From a virus (taxonomy: Duplodnaviria > Caudoviricetes), in the IMG/VR virus record IMGVR_UViG_3300023311_001083, positions 1 through 64,000 of that record: a stretch of DNA of 64,000 nucleotides; one strand, 5' to 3'. Positions 59,615 to 64,000 of this stretch are shown in pieces. The notes beneath the pieces were generated by a model. That model made no database searches and was not told the origin of the DNA. It saw nothing but the letters and a program-made list of their open reading frames with translations. Every line of letters starts with the position of its first letter. Within the stretch, counting starts at the first letter, position 1. Made by a program: the position numbers and the translations under genes.

Positions 59615-60190
59615 CTATCGTTTTGAAAAAGGTGTTATTCTATCACCGTTATCTGTGATTGAATATCTAAGTGTATTGCATACTTGTTGAACACCTATTG
59701 CTTGTGCAATAGCATCTTCTAATGCATCATGCGCTGTAACTTTTGGAAGATTAGGAGATATACCAAGATCATAAATTGTTCGACAATCTCTAACTTGCCA
59801 GTACTTCCATGGTGGAAGTTTATTTAATCTCTTAAAAACAGTTTCACATATTACTATATCGAACCCAGAACCGTTAGACCAAACTTGTTTAGCACCCCAG
59901 CAGAATTTATATAGTTGATCAAATGCATCAGCAATATCGATGCGATTTTCTTCACTAAATGCTTCGTCTTGTGCTTCTTGAGATTGTTTAGCCCACCATT
60001 CAAGGGTACTATCGCTTATAGATAAATTTAAATCATTTTCTAGCGATATTCTAGCATAAAATTTATCCATTTGTGGATTTGTTAATTCATCTTCAAATGG
60101 GTCAAATTTTACTGCACCTATTGATAAAATAGCCGCATCTGTATCTGTGGATAAAGTTTCGAGATCGATCATTATCGCTGTTTTTGCCAT
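59615..60190 (-). CDS. DEDDh 3'-5' exonuclease
   Basis: MIDLETL, WSNG..FD, RDCRT, HDALEDA. Confidence 0.85.
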   Translation of the reverse strand: MAKTAIMIDLETLSTDTDAAILSIGAVKFDPFEDELTNPQMDKFYARISLENDLNLSISDSTLEWWAKQSQEAQDEAFSEENRIDIADAFDQLYKFCWGAKQVWSNGSGFDIVICETVFKRLNKLPPWKYWQVRDCRTIYDLGISPNLPKVTAHDALEDAIAQAIGVQQVCNTLRYSITDNGDRITPFSKR

Positions 60191-60216
60191 AGTTGTATAC
60201 TCTAATTAAAAATTAA

Positions 60217-60245
60217 AGTATACAACTATATGAAGCAAATGTCAA
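60217..60245 (-). promoter_or_regulatory. sigma70-like promoter
   Basis: TTGACA-17nt-TATACT. Confidence 0.6.
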
Positions 60246-60460
60246 CGTTTTTTTGGTGGGAGAGAGTCTTTTTCTACTCTCTTACGATTTCGTGACTTAG
60301 CAGCACCAGCTGCTTGTTTACGTTTAGTGGTAGGCTTAGTATAAAAAAGACCATCCTTGAAGTCTTCTAATTTTCCAGATTCACCAGTTACTTTTTTAAA
60401 TCGTCTAAGTAATTGATTTATATTTTCATCTGGTTTAGCATATACTCCAGTTCTAATCAT
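60242..60460 (-). CDS. rpsU: ribosomal protein bS21 homolog
   Basis: ENINQLLRRFKK....G.L......FY.KP...RK....AA..R. Confidence 0.8.
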   Translation of the reverse strand: MIRTGVYAKPDENINQLLRRFKKVTGESGKLEDFKDGLFYTKPTTKRKQAAGAAKSRNRKRVEKDSLPPKKR

Positions 60461-60875
60461 CCTCATCTAAATCCTCATCTATATCTAAATTATTATCAGC
60501 ACGTATCTGTTCAGCCAGCCAATCTAAATTATAAATTCTATTTTTAGAAATTAAATCAAATGGAGTAGATTCATCAGATGTGATGTAATATGAATTAGGT
60601 TGTGCTAATATAAACGATATAAATTGTCTTGTGACTATATCACAATTATCAACATCAATTATAATAACATCTACTTGGAAAGCCGTACTTAGTACCCAAC
60701 TTATATCATATTCATCATTTTCATAAATGAAGACGTTAATACTTTCAAATCCATTACTTAAAATAGTTTGAAATTGTTGTTTAACATGCATTGACGGTGC
60801 AATTAATAGATAACTAACATTCATATTAAATAATCTATCAGGTGGTGATACTAGTGTAATCTTTCCTAAATTCAT
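60453..60875 (-). CDS. hypothetical protein, acidic C-terminus
   Basis: 140 aa, ends in TAG overlapping bS21 start. Confidence 0.65.
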   Translation of the reverse strand: MNLGKITLVSPPDRLFNMNVSYLLIAPSMHVKQQFQTILSNGFESINVFIYENDEYDISWVLSTAFQVDVIIIDVDNCDIVTRQFISFILAQPNSYYITSDESTPFDLISKNRIYNLDWLAEQIRADNNLDIDEDLDEDD

Positions 60876-60887
60876 AAACCCTTCTTG

Positions 60888-61346
60888 TTAAATTATTGTT
60901 AGTGAAACTTTTTGTATTCCACTAATACCTATTTTGGCTGCTGCTGATTTAGATAAATCAATTAATCTATGCTTAGCATATGGGCCTCTATCATTAATAA
61001 CTACCTCAACTGACTTCTTATTTTTCAAATTAGTTACTAATACCTTAGTCCCAAATGGTAAACTACGGTGTGCAGCAGTTAATTTATGTGGACTAAAAAT
61101 TTCACCATTAGCAGTTTTTGGTTTTCTTTTATAACGAGGGCCTGATTCATACCCGTACCAACTAGCAATTCCTATATTATTTATCTTCTTGGGCTTACTT
61201 TCATTAGATGATTTATTGAAATGTGTAGAACTCGCTACACGACTGATTTTAATTGTATATTTCTGCGCTGAAAATACCGTGTTAGGCGTTATTAAAAAAA
61301 CGCTAAAAGCGGTACACAACGCAATTTTTTTAAATTGCGATAACAT
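60888..61346 (-). CDS. rlpA: RlpA-like lytic transglycosylase (DPBB)
   Basis: [38 protein letters not shown]. Confidence 0.92.
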   Translation of the reverse strand: MLSQFKKIALCTAFSVFLITPNTVFSAQKYTIKISRVASSTHFNKSSNESKPKKINNIGIASWYGYESGPRYKRKPKTANGEIFSPHKLTAAHRSLPFGTKVLVTNLKNKKSVEVVINDRGPYAKHRLIDLSKSAAAKIGISGIQKVSLTII

Positions 61347-61588
61347 ATTGTATCTCCTTTCACTTGGTGTAGTTTATACCGCAAACTACATTACATTATG
61401 GAGAGAAGTAACACGAGGCTCATGGAACCCTTATTTTCGTGATTTCTCATCCTCCAGTGGCAGCAAATGTGTAACTGCACTTTTGGCGAGATGGCTCCCT
61501 ATTTTCCGGTTTCTTATTGCCATTCTCGCAGGAATATCGTAATGAGTAAAACCGATATCCCTAACCTAGATTCTTTCGAATCATTAAG
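61347..61588 (-). promoter_or_regulatory. long multi-hairpin 5' leader of rlpA
   Basis: Six consecutive stem-loops between ACTAAATA motif (61589-61596) and AGGAG SD. Confidence 0.55.
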
Positions 61589-61620
61589 TATTTAGTAAAA
61601 ACATTACTAATAATAGCAAT

Positions 61621-61648
61621 ATTATACTAAAAATAATAGTTTTTGTCA
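61621..61648 (-). promoter_or_regulatory. sigma70-like promoter
   Basis: TTGACA-16nt-TATAAT. Confidence 0.55.
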
Positions 61649-61649
61649 A

Positions 61650-61970
61650 CTAATTTGCAAAAACTTTACTTGCACCTTTAGTTATTTTAGCACCGCATTC
61701 ATAAGTATCATCCACTCTACCAATTTTTTTACCATTGGCAAACACATTACCTGAAAATTTATTTAGTTTAGGTGTATGTGTAACACAGGCTATACCATCA
61801 TTATGCGCAGTAACTGTATCATCTTCCCTAACTACTGCTTTATTTTCTGCAAATACATTAGGTGATGCAGTGTCAGTGGTGGTGGAAGTTTTTGAATCGT
61901 TACACTTATCACCACCTATAGCACCGTGTACAGTATCCACAGCATCACCATGTCTAGCTACAGCAGGCAT
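61650..61970 (-). CDS. PAAR-domain tail spike tip protein
   Basis: MPAVARHGD, SPNVFAEN, H..., NVFANGKKIGRVDD..CG..I..G...VF. Confidence 0.85.
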   Translation of the reverse strand: MPAVARHGDAVDTVHGAIGGDKCNDSKTSTTTDTASPNVFAENKAVVREDDTVTAHNDGIACVTHTPKLNKFSGNVFANGKKIGRVDDTYECGAKITKGASKVFAN

Positions 61971-62257
61971 TATAGTATCAACCCAGTAGTTGATCTTGTG
62001 TATTGCGTGGCTGATTCTTTATCAGATGGTTCTAATACAACAATAGTTGCTCTCATAATTTTAACATCACGATCTGGATCAACGGTAAACAAATAAGGCA
62101 CCATGCCTATTCCATTATTTGCTGCAGTTAATACTCTTGGTTTATTAACTTTTAAAAAATCGTCACGTTCTTCAACTAAGGAAGCAATTAATTCTTCTCC
62201 TGATGTTAGTTTTATTGTAACTACATCACCGGGACTTACGCCTTTATCTATTAACAT
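61970..62257 (-). CDS. hypothetical protein (possible Sm-like fold)
   Basis: GDVVTIKLTSGEELIA beta pattern. Confidence 0.6.
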   Translation of the reverse strand: MLIDKGVSPGDVVTIKLTSGEELIASLVEERDDFLKVNKPRVLTAANNGIGMVPYLFTVDPDRDVKIMRATIVVLEPSDKESATQYTRSTTGLIL

Positions 62258-62700
62258 TATTTTACCTCGTCTGTATTGTATGTTTGAAAGAATATATCTT
62301 TTTGCACTGGGCCATATTCATCAGTACCATGCCTTACAATGTAATGCTCACCTTTCGAGTAAGTTAAGTCACCCCAGTTAGAATGTATTACACCATCATG
62401 ATCTGCTAATTTGGCATATTTAATTATTTTTTTAGGTGTAGCAGTACCGTCACCATTATCATCATACTTATCATAGAATGACTCTGGTGGTACAGGGTAC
62501 TGTTCACCTTGTGGGCCAGTTATAATTTTATGACCACGTTCATAATCTCTAGGACCTTCTAAAGTTTCAATAGTGCCTGGTTTATGTGCAGTTTCAAAGC
62601 TAATAGGATTGCCCAATTTGAACGTTTTGAAACTACCGTGTTTGAACCATTTATCATTAATTCCTTCAAATGACTCTACTAAATCAATAAAATCTCTCAT
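62257..62700 (-). CDS. PGDYG-like domain protein, putative capsid-targeted
   Basis: MRDFIDLVES; I.TLEG.......G..I..G..GE.YP repeated twice. Confidence 0.55.
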   Translation of the reverse strand: MRDFIDLVESFEGINDKWFKHGSFKTFKLGNPISFETAHKPGTIETLEGPRDYERGHKIITGPQGEQYPVPPESFYDKYDDNGDGTATPKKIIKYAKLADHDGVIHSNWGDLTYSKGEHYIVRHGTDEYGPVQKDIFFQTYNTDEVK

Positions 62701-62864
62701 TATGCTACTTGAATCTCAACTAATGCACCTGCACCTGATAATTCTTGAATAACTGCTTCTATACTTGCTAAACTATCGTCAGTTACTAATACTTCTGGTT
62801 CATCACCATCTTTTAATAATTTACTAATTTTTACTACTAAAACTTCTTCATGTAATTTTGCCAT
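62700..62864 (-). CDS. 54 aa hypothetical protein
   Basis: Manual translation MAKLHEEVLVVKISKLLKDGDEPE...; GAGGAG SD. Confidence 0.65.
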   Translation of the reverse strand: MAKLHEEVLVVKISKLLKDGDEPEVLVTDDSLASIEAVIQELSGAGALVEIQVA

Positions 62865-62950
62865 TTTATTTCTCCTCATATTAATTGATAAATAGATATA
62901 GATCGCGGAATCCTACTTCCCATCTATTCTAATCGTATAAGGATGATATT

Positions 62951-63196
62951 ATGATCAGCAAACATATTTATTCAATATTAAATTCTAAAAAAAATAATAT
63001 GCATTTCGGAAAATTTTCCAACTCAACTAGCGAAATATTAAAAACGTTAGGAACACCATCGAGTATCATAAAATGGTGCAAAAACTGTGATATAGTGATC
63101 AATCATATCCATGTTAACAAAACTGTGTAGTTAACACGTGATATGATTGGAAAAACTTTTAGGGAATTAGGATTTTATTTTGAACCGTTTGTTTAA
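62951..63196 (+). pseudogene. decayed homing endonuclease cassette with in-frame TAG
   Basis: GATAAATA, leader hairpin and AAGGA SD; ORF MISKHIYSILNSK...WCKN...TV*LTRDMIGKTFRELGFYFEPFV*. Confidence 0.5.
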
Positions 63197-64000
63197 GACC
63201 AAACGTCGCCCCAATTTCCTTGTAATGCACCTTTTGCATAATCTGTAATAGTAGTTTCGAAAAAATTCCCATGAATTGGTGCATTTATCATTTCATCAAC
63301 CCAAGTCAAAGGATTTTTCTTTATTTTGTAAATACCTTTTAATCCCATAGAAATTAGCCGTCTATCACAAATATATCTAATATATAATTTAACATCTTCT
63401 GCGGTCAAATTTTCCATTTCACCAATACTGAATGACAAATCGATAAATTTATCTTCTAATTCAACCATCTTTTCAGCAATGCAGTATAATTCAGATTTCA
63501 ACTCATCTTTCCATATATGGCGATTTTCTTCAATGTGTGTTCTAAATAATTTTATCATTCCTTCAGTATGTGCAGATTCGTCAATTAAACTCCAAGATAC
63601 AATTTGTCCCATGCCTTTCATCTTACCGTGCCTTGGGAAATTTAATAACATAACAAACGATGAAAATAATTGTAATCCTTCAGTAAATGCAGAAAACGCA
63701 GCAATTTGCTGTGCAATATTTGTTTTATCCATATTATGGAATTCTTCAAAATACTCATGCTTTTCTTTCATTTCTTTATATTCACTAAATTCTGAATATA
63801 TTTGTTCTGGCATACCAAGCGTTTCAATTAAGTGAGAATATGCTGCAACATGGATAGCTTCTCTTGCAGCAAAACCACACAGCATCATTCTAATTTCTGG
63901 CTGAGGGAAATATGGTAAATAATTTTTTACATAGCCACCAGCAACATCTAAGTCTCCTTGGGTAAAAAATCTAAATATGTTGGTTAGAAAATATCTTTCA
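63193..64000 (-). CDS. nrdB: ribonucleotide reductase class Ia beta subunit (5' truncated by window edge)
   Basis: FFTQGDLDV, EAIH..AY, EGLQLFSSF, DES.H, NFFE. Confidence 0.93.
   Translation of the reverse strand, partial: ERYFLTNIFRFFTQGDLDVAGGYVKNYLPYFPQPEIRMMLCGFAAREAIHVAAYSHLIETLGMPEQIYSEFSEYKEMKEKHEYFEEFHNMDKTNIAQQIAAFSAFTEGLQLFSSFVMLLNFPRHGKMKGMGQIVSWSLIDESAHTEGMIKLFRTHIEENRHIWKDELKSELYCIAEKMVELEDKFIDLSFSIGEMENLTAEDVKLYIRYICDRRLISMGLKGIYKIKKNPLTWVDEMINAPIHGNFFETTITDYAKGALQGNWGDVWS

Noticed and set aside
61189-61542. 117 aa plus-strand ORF
   Set aside because: Antisense to rlpA and its hairpin leader; no motif support.
43501-63130. TAG recoding (alternative genetic code) suggested by the in-frame TAG at 63128-63130
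   Set aside because: clpP (43501) and the gene ending at 60453 terminate at TAG at sensible positions, and long genes are intact in code 11.
28-63835. Numerous 60-160 aa ORFs overlapping or antisense to well-supported genes (e.g. 7105..7599, 16889..17197, 32434..32904, 40285..40671, 63479..63835)
   Set aside because: Shadow frames of real genes with no SD or domain evidence.
1-64000. Bacterial chromosome origin suggested by dnaK, clpA/P/S, rpsU and cspA
   Set aside because: These genes are interleaved with baseplate, PAAR, spanin, gp44/gp45-like and PolB genes and T4-like late motifs, with no bacterial operon context.

Overview
AT-rich 64 kb segment of a large T4-like (jumbo/huge) dsDNA myophage genome, mostly encoded on the minus strand in standard code 11. 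The host is probably a Gram-negative bacterium (spanins, Lpp/OprI-like lipoprotein, ClpA/ClpS). The window carries replication genes (family-B DNA polymerase in three ORFs, sliding clamp, clamp loader, RNase H/flap nuclease, ligase, NrdB), baseplate/PAAR and putative internal head proteins, a large host-like proteostasis set (DnaK, DnaJ, GroES, sHSP, ClpA, ClpP, ClpS, parvulin, CspA), bS21, PhoH, RlpA, and a heme oxygenase plus bilin reductase pair. Most notable: (1) the polymerase is broken twice by homing endonuclease genes, once by a naturally split intein at YGDTD|S and once inside the exonuclease domain, where a non-intein peptide module is appended to both halves; (2) a 7-deazaguanine pathway (FolE, QueD, QueE, TGT/DpdA-like, second QueD-like protein) with a translationally coupled glycosyltransferase and a phosphoribosyltransferase; (3) several unassigned structured non-coding elements, including a ~600 nt promoter-driven region with direct repeats. 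All calls are from motif reading and by-eye folding; no searches were run.
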